From: an uncultured Thermoplasmata archaeon
Lineage (GTDB): Archaea; Thermoplasmatota; Thermoplasmata; Lutacidiplasmatales; UBA184
DNA length: 64,000 nt
Assembly (NCBI GenBank): GCA_963749195.1
Contig: CAVVLX010000007.1
Span: 2,036-66,035, forward strand
Direction: 5' to 3'
Shown: one piece after another, positions 19,886 through 29,942 of the stretch
How the letters are laid out: each line of letters opens with the position of its first letter
How positions within the stretch are numbered: position 1 is the first letter of the stretch
Program-made: the position numbers and the translations under genes
The notes under the pieces: model-generated
What the model was told of the DNA's origin: nothing
Databases searched by the model: none
Seen by the model: only the letters and a program-made list of their open reading frames with translations

Positions 19886-20653
19886 TCAATTCGACCGCGA
19901 GGCCCGAATGAGGCTGGAGGCCACCGACTCGAGTTTGTCCCCTAGCCGGTGAAAGTGAGGTTTCCACCCATTCTCCGTCAAGACATCGCTCACGACCAGC
20001 ACAGAGGCCGCTTGAAGCCCTCGGTGACGGGCGAAGATGAACATGGCCGAAGCCTCCATTTCGACGGTGAGGATCCCCCGGCGCCGATAGTGACGAAGCT
20101 CCGCGCGCGTTTCTCGGTACGGTGCATCCGTCGTCCAGCTCTCTCCCGGCCGAAAGGGAATATTGGCCCGTGTGAGGACCCCCTTCACCCACCGATTCAA
20201 CGAAGCGGACGGTCGTGCAGCGACACTCGGATGGGCGTAATGGTGGGAAGTCCCCTCATCCCGAACTGCGCGCTCACAGACGACGACGTCACCAGGACTC
20301 AGCTCCGCGGAAATGGCCCCCGCGTACCCCACGCCGATGAACTCTCGAGCGCCGACGGCGGCTAGTTCTTCCGCTCGGATGACCGCCGCGGGTCCGCCAA
20401 CGCCCCGCGGATAAGTGATCCCTATTGAATGCAGGTCTCCGGGGAGGACATAGGTGTCGCTGAACGGATCCAGGCGGCGCCCTCGAAATCTTCGGGCAAG
20501 ACGGGAAGGGAGGCCCCGCTGCCAAACGACAAAGAATCGAGATGGTGCGCGAACTCCCGATAGGTATCGACGGGCGAATTGCGCCGGGTTGACGATCGAC
20601 GCGTGCCGGACTTTTCCCGCGACTCGAGGAAATGTCGACTTTGAGGGGGTCAA
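19886..20653 (-). CDS. nucleoside phosphorylase (PNP/UDP_1 family)
   Basis: GVGGPAAVIRAEELAAVGAREFIGVGYAGAI, RDEGTSHHY and LTVEMEASAMF are blocks of the family. Confidence 0.8.
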   Translation of the reverse strand: MTPSKSTFPRVAGKVRHASIVNPAQFARRYLSGVRAPSRFFVVWQRGLPSRLARRFRGRRLDPFSDTYVLPGDLHSIGITYPRGVGGPAAVIRAEELAAVGAREFIGVGYAGAISAELSPGDVVVCERAVRDEGTSHHYAHPSVAARPSASLNRWVKGVLTRANIPFRPGESWTTDAPYRETRAELRHYRRRGILTVEMEASAMFIFARHRGLQAASVLVVSDVLTENGWKPHFHRLGDKLESVASSLIRASRSN

Positions 20654-20660
20654 TCAAGTC

Positions 20661-20930
20661 TCAACGCTTTTTCGATCGAGTCGCTTTCGTTGGGGGCCGA
20701 GTCGAGTTCACCTCATGGATCCAGTCGCATTGGATACCGAACTGGGCATGGTGTTTGCGAACCGCCTCCGCATCCGGGGCATTCAAGACACAGTAGACTC
20801 TGTTCTCGGCCGTGTTGAACAGAATATCGTGATGCGTCATGCCGAACTCGTCGGGGGGAGCGTTCTGGAGTTCCTGCAGGTCGGAGGGCGCTACCGCCCC
20901 CAATTCATGGGTATCTATGTACTTTGGCAT
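20661..20930 (-). CDS. DUF4242 (SCO4226-like) small protein
   Basis: From the ATG at 20930: MPKYIDTHELG...VYCVLNAPDAEAVRKHHAQFG. The track start at 21020 is probably too far upstream. Confidence 0.65.
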   Translation of the reverse strand: MPKYIDTHELGAVAPSDLQELQNAPPDEFGMTHHDILFNTAENRVYCVLNAPDAEAVRKHHAQFGIQCDWIHEVNSTRPPTKATRSKKR

Positions 20931-21105
20931 TTGTTCCGCGACTCCCGGCGCAATGCGCGATAGAAGTTCGGGGAGAAATAACTGCCCGTTTCCCTCTAGA
21001 CGGGTGTAAGCGCCGTTCACACGCTTAGCTATGAGTCCAATCGAAGGAGACCACCAAAGATTCTTACGAGCCGGGGCGCCTTAAGCACCCAAAGGCGCCG
21101 CTTAC

Positions 21106-22545
21106 ATGCCGAGAAACTCCCGCTCCCCCCTTCCTCAACCGCTGTTCGACGAGCCCGTGTTCAATCAAGGGAAGCCCACTCCCGACCCGACGCGGTTCCA
21201 AGTGCCACATCCCTCCGACGCCCTACTCTACGCGAAGATCCAAGCCCTGCTTTACGAGGATGTGGTAGGTTTCCCTCCCTCGCGCGCGGCGCCCGCAGAC
21301 GTGTATGAGTTAGCGGCCGCGTTAGGTCCGCACGGGACGGAGATGGTTCAAGCGATTCAGTCTAACGGCCAGATCGTTTTCCACTTGGTGGGAGACATCG
21401 GCGCCTCGACCGCAGGCAAATATCCGGACGAGATTCTCGTATCCGACCGTATCACGGAAGACTGTCAGTCCGCCACGGCCGCGGATCGTCCCGCATTCCT
21501 CTACCTGCTGGGCGATCTGATCTATGACTTTGGAGAGTCCCAGTACTACTATGATCAGTTCTATGAGCCGTATCGGAACTATCCGGCTCCGATCTTTGCG
21601 ATTCCCGGGAACCACGACTCGTTCATTGTGCCGGGAACTCCGCCCGCAGAAGTACCCCTCGATACCTTTCAACGAAACTTTTGTGCGACGGAACCGGTGG
21701 TGACTCCCGAAGCTGGATCGCTCCATCGAACCGCGATGACTCAGCCCGGAGTTTACTTCACCCTCGATGCGCCCTTCATTCGCATCATTGGATTGTTCAG
21801 CAACGCGCTCGAGGATCCCGGTGTGATCTCGAGCGAAGAGGGGACCTGGAAGGCCGTTCCCGACTACCAGCTTGACTTCCTCTCAGCCCAGCTCGGTCGC
21901 ATCAAAAGCGACGGGTTCGCCGGCGCGGTTCTCCTCGCAGTTCATCATCCGCCCTTCACCTATGCGCCGCCACCGAGTGGATCGGGCGCTGGGGGGGCCC
22001 ATGGCGGCAACCCAGTGATGCTCGCCCAAATCGATGCCATCTGCCAGGCGATGGGAGTGTACCCCCATGCCATCGTATCCGGTCATGCCCACAACTATCA
22101 GCGATTTACTCGATCGATCCGCTTTGCCGCTGGTTCCTATGAAGTGCCATTCATCGTGTGCGGAGACGGTGGCCATGGCCTGACTTCGCTGGTCCAATCC
22201 CGACTCGGCTCGCCGGCCCAAGAGCCAACCGATGGGATCGATGTTTCATACTTGGACACGAGCTCCACGGTGGACACCCTGGGACTGACCTTAGATCGGC
22301 ACGACGATCAAACGTACGGCTATCTTCGGGTCTCGGTGAACCAAAGTCAGCTGGCGTTCGGATTCTACCCCGTCGACGCCGGGGTTCCTCCCAAATCCCT
22401 CTCTGATGGGGTCTCCGTGGATTTGGCAAGTCATACGGTACTCGCAGCCCAGCCGACGGCTGCCCGAAACCAACCTTCGGTGAGGCGAGTCGCCCGAAAG
22501 GCGGCAGGTCCGAATCGACGCGCTTCCAATTCTGTTCGTAAGTAA
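21106..22545 (+). CDS. calcineurin-like metallophosphoesterase
   Basis: VGDIG, LGDLIYD, IPGNHD, VHHPPF and SGHAHNYQR metal-ligand blocks appear in the canonical order. Confidence 0.85.
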   Translation: MPRNSRSPLPQPLFDEPVFNQGKPTPDPTRFQVPHPSDALLYAKIQALLYEDVVGFPPSRAAPADVYELAAALGPHGTEMVQAIQSNGQIVFHLVGDIGASTAGKYPDEILVSDRITEDCQSATAADRPAFLYLLGDLIYDFGESQYYYDQFYEPYRNYPAPIFAIPGNHDSFIVPGTPPAEVPLDTFQRNFCATEPVVTPEAGSLHRTAMTQPGVYFTLDAPFIRIIGLFSNALEDPGVISSEEGTWKAVPDYQLDFLSAQLGRIKSDGFAGAVLLAVHHPPFTYAPPPSGSGAGGAHGGNPVMLAQIDAICQAMGVYPHAIVSGHAHNYQRFTRSIRFAAGSYEVPFIVCGDGGHGLTSLVQSRLGSPAQEPTDGIDVSYLDTSSTVDTLGLTLDRHDDQTYGYLRVSVNQSQLAFGFYPVDAGVPPKSLSDGVSVDLASHTVLAAQPTAARNQPSVRRVARKAAGPNRRASNSVRK

Positions 22546-22712
22546 GTATCATTGGTTGCAAGCGCGCCAGTGCACGCACCCGCGCAGAGTCTCTCGGTAG
22601 GAGGGGAGATGTCGAATCGAGGTGAAATCGAACCGGTTCTTAGATGTCTCTTGGACCGAAGGATAATTCAGATTGACCAACCTTCGCCGGCCTACCGGGC
22701 GGAGGAGTCGCT

Positions 22713-23006
22713 ATGCAGAGTTCCACCTCTACGGATCTTCGTGTCGAGAGCGCAATCTACCTCGTGGGTGGTCTCGTGATCATCCTATGGGGATTTCAAA
22801 TGATTACGTCGACCGCCTTGACCCTCTACAACGCGCTCGTTCCCGGCCCTGCGCCGGCGGCGAGTTCTCATTTCTGGGTCGATGAGTCGGTCGCAATCTT
22901 TGTCGACGTCGTCATTCTGTTCGCGGGCCTCTTTCTCTTTGCGCTCGCCTGGCGTGCTCACCGTCGTTCTCGCTCAAGCGGCATGCGTGACCCTACCCAG
23001 GCTTGA
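22713..23006 (+). CDS. small membrane protein
   Basis: 97 aa with two hydrophobic helices (IYLVGGLVIILWGF and VAIFVDVVILFAGLFLFALAW) and a basic tail. Confidence 0.4.
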   Translation: MQSSTSTDLRVESAIYLVGGLVIILWGFQMITSTALTLYNALVPGPAPAASSHFWVDESVAIFVDVVILFAGLFLFALAWRAHRRSRSSGMRDPTQA

Positions 23007-23037
23007 TCGCGCGGGAGATCCTCTGTTACGAAAAACT

Positions 23038-23625
23038 CTACACGGATCGGACAGGAAGCGGGGTTCCGCATTTGGAACAGTTCAAATTTTCCGGAGGGTT
23101 CTGCTCATTGCAAGTCAGGCAATACCGAACAATCGTTGCGGCGGTGAAAGTGTTCGTGAGCTTGGTCGGCTCTCCCGCAGCGTAGTCGTCGGCCGGCATT
23201 CCAGTGGCGGATCTTGGAACGAACGCCGGTTCATCGATCGGCGCTGGTGGGGGCGGTGCTGGGATTGCATCGGAGTGGGGCAACGCCACCGCGAAAATAG
23301 CTCCGATCAGGGCGAGAATCGAACCTACTCCGAACCCCCCTCCTACCCAGAAAGTAATTGCAGCTACAATAATCATCACCGTCCCCAAGCCCACGTGAAT
23401 CTCCGGATTATTGTAATAGAGGAATGCGAGAACGACGAGCACGAGTCCGAGGATGAGTTCTGTGGCGCCGATCCCGACCACGTCGCCCGCCGCTTGGGGC
23501 GCCAGGCTGAGAAACAACACGCCTGCCGAAATCACGTAAACTGCTTCGATAATGTTCAGGATCGCTCCGATAGTCACCAGTGTTACGACCACCGCACGAG
23601 GATCGGCGCGCTCGTGTTCGGACAC
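23038..23625 (-). CDS. polytopic membrane protein with C-terminal zinc ribbon
   Basis: Four N-terminal helices, a Pro-rich linker, then YCLTCNEQNPPENLNCSKCGTPLP (CxxC...CxxC). Confidence 0.6.
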   Translation of the reverse strand: MSEHERADPRAVVVTLVTIGAILNIIEAVYVISAGVLFLSLAPQAAGDVVGIGATELILGLVLVVLAFLYYNNPEIHVGLGTVMIIVAAITFWVGGGFGVGSILALIGAIFAVALPHSDAIPAPPPPAPIDEPAFVPRSATGMPADDYAAGEPTKLTNTFTAATIVRYCLTCNEQNPPENLNCSKCGTPLPVRSV

Positions 23626-23902
23626 TGATCACGATATCGAAGTTCGTCGCTTAACTAACTGACGTAGGGTGCGTTGCATCTGGAACGCTTGGCCCCCCGG
23701 GGTCGTCCAGCTCGGAGGCCGGGGAGGTGCCGACCTTCCTTCGTTACCCTTCTCCTCCCGTTTGGCTGTACCCGAACTGAGATTCCCCCCCGGGAATAGA
23801 AGGATCAGAAAGCGGAAACATCAGAATTCGAGGCTGATATCGCGAAACGAGCTGAAGAAAAGTCAATAACGAACGAACGAGCATGAGGTCGGGGGCTCGA
23901 GG

Positions 23903-25846
23903 TTGCACGGACTTTCATTCACACCGGGGCACGGTCACCGGCTTGCGGTCTTGCCGCTTACCAATATCGCCCCGGGATCCCGGGACGAGTACTTTGTGGA
24001 TGGGATGACGGAGGAGTTGATCTCTACCCTTTCAAAGATCTCCGGGTTGAGTGTCATCGCCAGGACTTCGGCAATGCACTACAAAGGCACCGACAAGACC
24101 GTCGCTCAGGTCGCGGAGGAGCTGGCCGTTCGCTCCGTGGTAGAGGGAAGCGTCCGCAAGTCCGGTCGCAAGCTGAGAATCGCCGTTCGCCTTATTGATG
24201 CGGCGAGTCAGGAAGATCTCTGGTCGGAGAACTACGACCGTGAACTTGAGGATGTGTTCGAGATCCAGCGGGATATCGCCCGTAGAATCGGACGCGCTCT
24301 CAAACTTCGGCTGGTCCGACCCTCGGACCAGGAACGCGAGTCGAAGGCGCCTTCGACCGCGAACGCCCACGACCTCTACTTGCAGGGACGCTTCCAATGG
24401 AATCTACGAACCGAGACAAGTCTCCGAGGCGCGATCCAGCTGTTCGAGCGGGCATTGGAGAAGGATCGAACCTTCGCTCTGGCGCTCTGCGGGATTGCGG
24501 ATGCTTGGGCTCAGATCGGATGGTTGGAATTCTCAGCTCCTACCGAAGCGTTTCCCAAAGCCCGAGAGGCGGCGGAAAAGGCCCTAGCCATCGACGACCA
24601 CCTCGCGGAAGCCCACACGTCACTCGGATTCGTCCGGTTCCTCTACGAACGCGACTGGGCTACCGCCGAGAAGGAGTTACAGCGCGCAATCGCGCTCAAC
24701 CCCGGTTATTCCACGGCGCACCAATTTTTCGCGGATTACCTGAAAGCGATGGGTCGATTGGACGAAGCGCTCGACGAAATGCGAAAAGCGCTTGCTTTGG
24801 ACCCGATCTCGATGGCTGTCAATACGGGTCTGGGCCATGTCCTCTACCTGGATCGCAACTACGATGCCGCTATCGAACAGTACGGAAAGGCGGTCCAGAT
24901 CGACCCCGCCTTTGGTCCAGCCCACCTTTGGTTCGGCCGACCATACCTCCAGAAAGGAATGTACAACGAAGCGATCGCGGAGATCCGCCAAGCGGTTACA
25001 TCGTCTGGTGGGAGCACGATCTCGCTCGCGGTGCTCGCCCATGCCTACGCCTCGGCCGGTAATGAATCGGAGGCTCGAAAGATCCTCGCGGACTTACTCG
25101 AGCGATCCCGGGCCCGATACCTTCCGTCCTATTGGATCGCCCTCATTTACACGGGGCTCCGCGACACCAACGAAGCAATCGAGTGGCTCGAACGCGCCTA
25201 CACGGAGCGATCGAGCTGGCTCGTGTGGATCAAAGTTGAGCCACGGTTCGATGCCCTGCGACGGGATCCGCGATTCATCTCTCTCTTACGACGGATGCGA
25301 CTCGAAAACGGCGAACGAAGCGACCTCCCGCGCGCGGCGACCGATCGCCGGCTCGCGGCGATCATGTTCACGGACATGGTAGGGTTCACCAGGCTAGCGC
25401 AGCAAGACGAGCGGCGCGCGCTCCGGCTCCTGGAGGATCATCGCTCGCTCCTCCGCCCGATCTTCGTCTCGCGGGGCGGGCGCGAGGTCAAAACGATCGG
25501 GGATGGGTTTATGGTCGAATTCGCGAGCGCCGTGGAGTCCGCTCGCTGCGCGGTCGAGATCCAAACCGCCATTCGGGAACGGAATTCGGTCCGTCCACGA
25601 GCGGAGCAGTTCCACGTGCGAGTGGGCATTCACGTAGGGGATGTCGTACGCCAAGGAGACGACCTGGTTGGCGATGGGGTAAACGTAGCCGCCCGGATCG
25701 AGCCGCTGGCTCCACCCGGGGGAATCTGCATCTCTGGACCCGTCTGGGAGCAGATCCGCAACAAGGTTGACATCCACGTCGAAAAACTTCGAGCAATCTC
25801 GCTGAAGAATGTCTCCCATCCGGTCGACGTGTACAGAGTCCTATGA
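23903..25846 (+). CDS. class III adenylate/guanylate cyclase with N-terminal TolB-N-like module and TPR repeats
   Basis: N-terminus LAVLPLTNIAPGSRDEYFVDGMTEELISTLSKISGLSVIARTS; central TPR-like repeats. C-terminus has AAIMFTDMVGFT, VKTIGDGFMVEF, VRVGIHVGDVV and GDGVNVAARIE. TTG start. Confidence 0.85.
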   Translation: MHGLSFTPGHGHRLAVLPLTNIAPGSRDEYFVDGMTEELISTLSKISGLSVIARTSAMHYKGTDKTVAQVAEELAVRSVVEGSVRKSGRKLRIAVRLIDAASQEDLWSENYDRELEDVFEIQRDIARRIGRALKLRLVRPSDQERESKAPSTANAHDLYLQGRFQWNLRTETSLRGAIQLFERALEKDRTFALALCGIADAWAQIGWLEFSAPTEAFPKAREAAEKALAIDDHLAEAHTSLGFVRFLYERDWATAEKELQRAIALNPGYSTAHQFFADYLKAMGRLDEALDEMRKALALDPISMAVNTGLGHVLYLDRNYDAAIEQYGKAVQIDPAFGPAHLWFGRPYLQKGMYNEAIAEIRQAVTSSGGSTISLAVLAHAYASAGNESEARKILADLLERSRARYLPSYWIALIYTGLRDTNEAIEWLERAYTERSSWLVWIKVEPRFDALRRDPRFISLLRRMRLENGERSDLPRAATDRRLAAIMFTDMVGFTRLAQQDERRALRLLEDHRSLLRPIFVSRGGREVKTIGDGFMVEFASAVESARCAVEIQTAIRERNSVRPRAEQFHVRVGIHVGDVVRQGDDLVGDGVNVAARIEPLAPPGGICISGPVWEQIRNKVDIHVEKLRAISLKNVSHPVDVYRVL

Positions 25847-26192
25847 GCTCAGGGCTTCGGTTCCATCTTTCAAGAACCAATTTCCTAGCGACCGGTGCCA
25901 CCGCTACGACGTAGAATGCGGGGGGATCCAGCCCACCCGGGCGTTCGACGACGTGATCAGAACGAACGCGGGCTATTCATCGGATTGCTCGCCCACCTCG
26001 ACTCGATTGCCCGGGCGGACGTTGAGCGGGGGATAGACGATTTTCTTGGAGGGCGGTAAGCGCTTGAGGACCTGAACGACCCGCGCCATCGAGACGGTTA
26101 GGCGCCGACGGGGATAGGTCGCATTCTCTCCCCCCGCTCTATGCTCCGTGGGGGAACGCAAGATACCCTGAAGCGGAGCCTCGAAGGGCGAC

Positions 26193-26780
26193 CTATCCCG
26201 ATTTACGTGCCGCAACAGACTCGAAGCGCCATCGCCGTCGGACTCGCTCAATCGTGAATCCGTGGTCGGTGAGCCAATGCCGGATTTCTTCCTGATGGAT
26301 GATCTCTGCGTACACCAGCACCCCACCCCGACGGAGAACGCGATCGATCTCTCCCAGCGCTTGAGGGATCCGGCTAAAATCGTGGTGGGAAGGGCTGGCG
26401 TGATGAATCGCGACGAAAGCGAGAACCACGTCGAACGAGGAGTCGCTGTCCTGGAGGCGCAGCATGTCTGCCGGCCGGAGGAGTAGTTGAGGCGGAGATT
26501 TCGCCGAGTATCGCCTTTCGAAATTGCGGCGAGCCGCCTCGACCTGGCGAGGATCAAAGTCCGTGGCAATGTACTCTTCGGGATGAAAACCCTCAAAGAA
26601 GCGTATGGCCAAGCTGCCATTCCCGCAGCCGATCTCCAGGCATCGGGCCGCGCGGGGTATCAACGCTTCCCCCCGAATCCATCGGTAAAAACGGGCGGTT
26701 CGCCACGACGACGACAGGTTCACAAAGAATCGAGAGACGGAATTCATCTCGGGCATGAGCAACCGGTTTAGGCGAGACAC
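26193..26780 (-). CDS. class I SAM-dependent methyltransferase
   Basis: Motif I CLEIGCGNGSLAIRF, then SFDVVLAFVAIHH and GGVLVY. Confidence 0.8.
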   Translation of the reverse strand: MSRLNRLLMPEMNSVSRFFVNLSSSWRTARFYRWIRGEALIPRAARCLEIGCGNGSLAIRFFEGFHPEEYIATDFDPRQVEAARRNFERRYSAKSPPQLLLRPADMLRLQDSDSSFDVVLAFVAIHHASPSHHDFSRIPQALGEIDRVLRRGGVLVYAEIIHQEEIRHWLTDHGFTIERVRRRWRFESVAARKSG

Positions 26781-27164
26781 CCTTGATTTTAATCCTCGCC
26801 GGACGTCGGGGCGATCTCAGGGGCGTGCGAGCAGTTTGATGGGCCGGGGGACTTCCCGAGGTCCGCCCTCCATAGGTCTTGCTGTGCTAGGGCGTTTAGT
26901 TGTCCGGTTCCACAACGTGGGTTCATCCGACGGGAACGTGGACGTCGTCCTCGTATGGGACGCCTCCGAGTGGCCGAACCTCGCCGGCACCCGCGGGATC
27001 GAGTCGTTCCACGTGAGGCGCGAAGCGCAGGACCCGGGCGACGCACAACCCGACATCCCGACGAACATCTGGCTCGAGTTCACGGCGGAGAGATAGGGAA
27101 ACAGCAGATCCGCCAAGACCTGCTTCGCGATCGCCAACCCGTTTCACCCGTGCTTACGGCGTCG

Positions 27165-27905
27165 TCACGGAACAGGCGTTTCTTCCGTGGGCCCCAGCCG
27201 GTCCGATTTTGGAGTCGACCCGAAGCGGGTGACAGCGGCCAAGCAGATTCCAGCAACGGTTATGGTGGTCAGAAAAGGGGGAAGGATTCGGACCGTCAAG
27301 AGAAGTGCACCACCCACCGCCGCTCCGGCGAAAAGTGAGACCACGGCCGCCGCCCACCGTCGGTGATTCGGGCCGGAGATGCCGAAGGCAGCGGTCTCCG
27401 CCATGAGACCCGTAAATGCGGTCGTTACGACGTTCGTGGAAACCCCCGGAACCGCAAGCTGACGTGAGCCCGCGCTCTGCATGCCCATCGCGATCGAGCT
27501 CAATGCAATGAGCGCGTAGAGCGAAACTCCGGCGGGCTGGCCCTCGGTCAGAACCCAGCCCGCATTAAATAGAATCAGGAGGGCGAGCTCCCCGCCAAAG
27601 ACCCAGCTCACTCGACGGGGCCAAGTGCCGGGTTCTTTGATCCTCCCGAGCAGCCTCCCCGCCACGATTGCCCCCACGGCAAATCCCACCAGCGCGTCCG
27701 CCGAACGGGCGCCCGAGAGGGGGTTTCGCTGGCCGATCGCTAGGGCGAGGAACACCGTGTTTCCAGTCATGTTGGCGGTGAAGATCGAGCCGAGCCCGAG
27801 AAAGCTTACCGCATCCACGATGCCGGTGGCAAACGTGAATCCCATCAGTAATGCGTCGCGAAGCCGGACATCTGCGTCCAAAGGGCGAGACCCAATGTTG
27901 TTCAT
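27165..27905 (-). CDS. YoaK/DUF1275-family membrane protein
   Basis: FATGIVDAVSFLGLGSIFTANMTGNTVFLALAIG is the family hallmark. About six helices. Confidence 0.8.
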   Translation of the reverse strand: MNNIGSRPLDADVRLRDALLMGFTFATGIVDAVSFLGLGSIFTANMTGNTVFLALAIGQRNPLSGARSADALVGFAVGAIVAGRLLGRIKEPGTWPRRVSWVFGGELALLILFNAGWVLTEGQPAGVSLYALIALSSIAMGMQSAGSRQLAVPGVSTNVVTTAFTGLMAETAAFGISGPNHRRWAAAVVSLFAGAAVGGALLLTVRILPPFLTTITVAGICLAAVTRFGSTPKSDRLGPTEETPVP

Positions 27906-28058
27906 CGCACCATGAGTCGCTCCCTGAGGGATCCGATGCCATTTCCGTTACGGAAGAGCCCCGTCCTAGGGTAGATCGGCCCCGGCAGGATCGACTCAGC
28001 TCGGAAATGACTTGGTACCCTGGGTGACGACAAAAATCCTAACCTCGATTCGCTCGTC

Positions 28059-28709
28059 CTACTGAGGCGTGATACCCTTCGCGACTCGATAGTGTGCGTC
28101 GACAAACGCGACGAAGAATGCGAGATAGCTGAATGCCAGCAGTGCATCCAAGAGGGTGATCGGCTGGAAGATAGAGCCTACACCCGGGTTACGCGCCACC
28201 ACCGAATGGACGATCGGCTGAACGTCCGGTGCGAGGGCAAGCCCGATCAGGCTCGAAAGGAGAACCGCCCAGCCGAGACCCACGCCCATGGCGACCTCGC
28301 CCAGGCGGCCCACCAAATGGGCGGCCACTAAGGCATAGGTAACGAAAGTTACGGCAAACACTAATGCGATGGAGGCGCCGAACTCGATTGGCAACCACGA
28401 GGGTGGGTTCGGGTTTCCGTAGAGCGACAGGATACCGATCGGAGCCGCGGCGAGAACCGTTGCGATCAAGCTCACTGCGAACGCGAGGTTCGTGTAGCCC
28501 ACTCGAGTGCGGTGGAGGTCGTTCCACTCGTGACGGCCGACCCACAGAAAGAGGATCCCGATCACCGTGAACACCGGATTGAGGAGAAGAAGTAGGCCGT
28601 TGAACGGGAGCTTCGATGAGCCCGAAAATAGAGCGACGAATCCACCTGCGCTCTCGACGGCGAACCCGATCTTGAAGATGGTGAGGCTGAGGCGAAGGCT
28701 GGTGGTCAT
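28059..28709 (-). CDS. polytopic membrane protein, unknown family
   Basis: 216 aa with about six hydrophobic helices. No motif recognised. Confidence 0.5.
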   Translation of the reverse strand: MTTSLRLSLTIFKIGFAVESAGGFVALFSGSSKLPFNGLLLLLNPVFTVIGILFLWVGRHEWNDLHRTRVGYTNLAFAVSLIATVLAAAPIGILSLYGNPNPPSWLPIEFGASIALVFAVTFVTYALVAAHLVGRLGEVAMGVGLGWAVLLSSLIGLALAPDVQPIVHSVVARNPGVGSIFQPITLLDALLAFSYLAFFVAFVDAHYRVAKGITPQ

Positions 28710-28940
28710 CGGGTTCGACTTGACTCGTCGGACATTAAGGGATTTTGTCGAGTGGTCGAGGATGATGGGGATAATCGAACACAGAAATCCGTGAACTCCC
28801 CGAGCCTCTCACGAAGAAGCGAGTCGGCTCGAGGGTCCGTTTGGCTATTAGTAAACGAACCCCAACCTATCCGATACGCTCACCAGGCCCGTACCTTCCG
28901 CCCACAAGACCAGAGAAAAGCTCGAGGAAGCTCCCATCCG

Positions 28941-29423
28941 TCACCTAAGTTCGCGCCACCCCGACGAGAGAACCACGAGACCCACCACCCAGGTGGCCAG
29001 CGCAACGGCGCCTAAGTAGTTCAGGCGAACCGTGAAAAGAATCAACGTCGGTTCGAGTAGGAGAAGAATCAAGCTCGACGCGAAGAACCCATCCGCTCGT
29101 TGCTGGTAGACCGCCGCACGAGACGGACTCGTCCGCAAGGCCTCCATCACGAACCAATAGTTGAGCGAGGAAAGGGAGATCAGCGAGAGGCTGACGACGA
29201 TCACCAGCAGCGTTCCCTGGAAAAGCAGGTTGTTGATGGTTCCCGCGGTCGCGCGATCGTACAAGAAGATCAGAACGAACGTCAAGATGGCGATACAGGT
29301 CCCCCCGAGACCAGCTGTCAGCGAACGATTTTCGTTTGCATCATTGTACATGGCCAAATGCGTCGGATGGACGCTTCCTCCTCCGTTCGTTCCGGCGGCG
29401 ACGGGAGAATTGTCGAGAGTCAC
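28941..29423 (-). CDS. membrane protein, unknown family
   Basis: 160 aa with four predicted helices after a short polar N-terminus. Confidence 0.45.
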   Translation of the reverse strand: MTLDNSPVAAGTNGGGSVHPTHLAMYNDANENRSLTAGLGGTCIAILTFVLIFLYDRATAGTINNLLFQGTLLVIVVSLSLISLSSLNYWFVMEALRTSPSRAAVYQQRADGFFASSLILLLLEPTLILFTVRLNYLGAVALATWVVGLVVLSSGWRELR

Positions 29424-29942
29424 GCGCCCCCCAGAAAGTCAGACCTAATCAAGGTCTGGACGGGCGGCCGCCGCAAAGGTAACGAGCAATCGTGGACTTC
29501 TGAGCGAAGAGACCAGACTCCTTGCACGGATTGATCGTGGTAATCCTGACATGAGCGAGAACGGCCCGCGAGAAGGCACACGCGATCTGCCCCGTCCCGG
29601 ACCGGATGCTGGACACCGGACCGTCGACGCCGACAGTACGGCCGGCGTCGCGTACGCGACCCTCTCCCGATCGCTCCGACGTCGGCGAGCGGAGCTCGTC
29701 GAGTTAGCCGAAGCTGGGGGCACCCCCGCGACGGTCGCAAGGGCCTACCAGGCGGAACATCCGCTCGAACCCGTCGTAACCTCCGAGGAGATCGAAGCCG
29801 CCGTCGCCGAGTCGAAAACCGGGAGGATGCGAACGGCGATTCAAGTAGATCATGCGTCGCAAAGCCGTCCCGGGAGGCGGGAAAATTCCGCCTAGAACTC
29901 CCTCTTGATTCGTTAGTACATTCGTATGCCTTCCGGAGCCCC

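Noticed and set aside
25973-26620. 215-aa minus ORF whose tail (MARVVQVLKRLPPSKKIVYPPLNVRPGNRVEVGEQSDE, about 25973-26089) lies in the gap after the methyltransferase.
   Set aside because: Most of the ORF is an alternative frame of the methyltransferase gene. The 38-aa tail has only vague resemblance to small RNA- or DNA-binding folds, which is not enough to call a gene.
26781-27164. ORFs 26755-27096 (+), 26817-27137 (-) and 26923-27147 (-) in the gap between the methyltransferase and DUF1275 genes.
   Set aside because: The three candidates are mutually exclusive, and none has motifs or convincing composition.
29551-29895. 114-aa plus ORF with an HTH-like stretch (AELVELAEAGGTPATVARAY).
   Set aside because: It has a low-complexity Arg/Pro-rich N-terminus, no recognisable family and an unclear start. 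It may be a small regulator, but I cannot support that from sequence alone.
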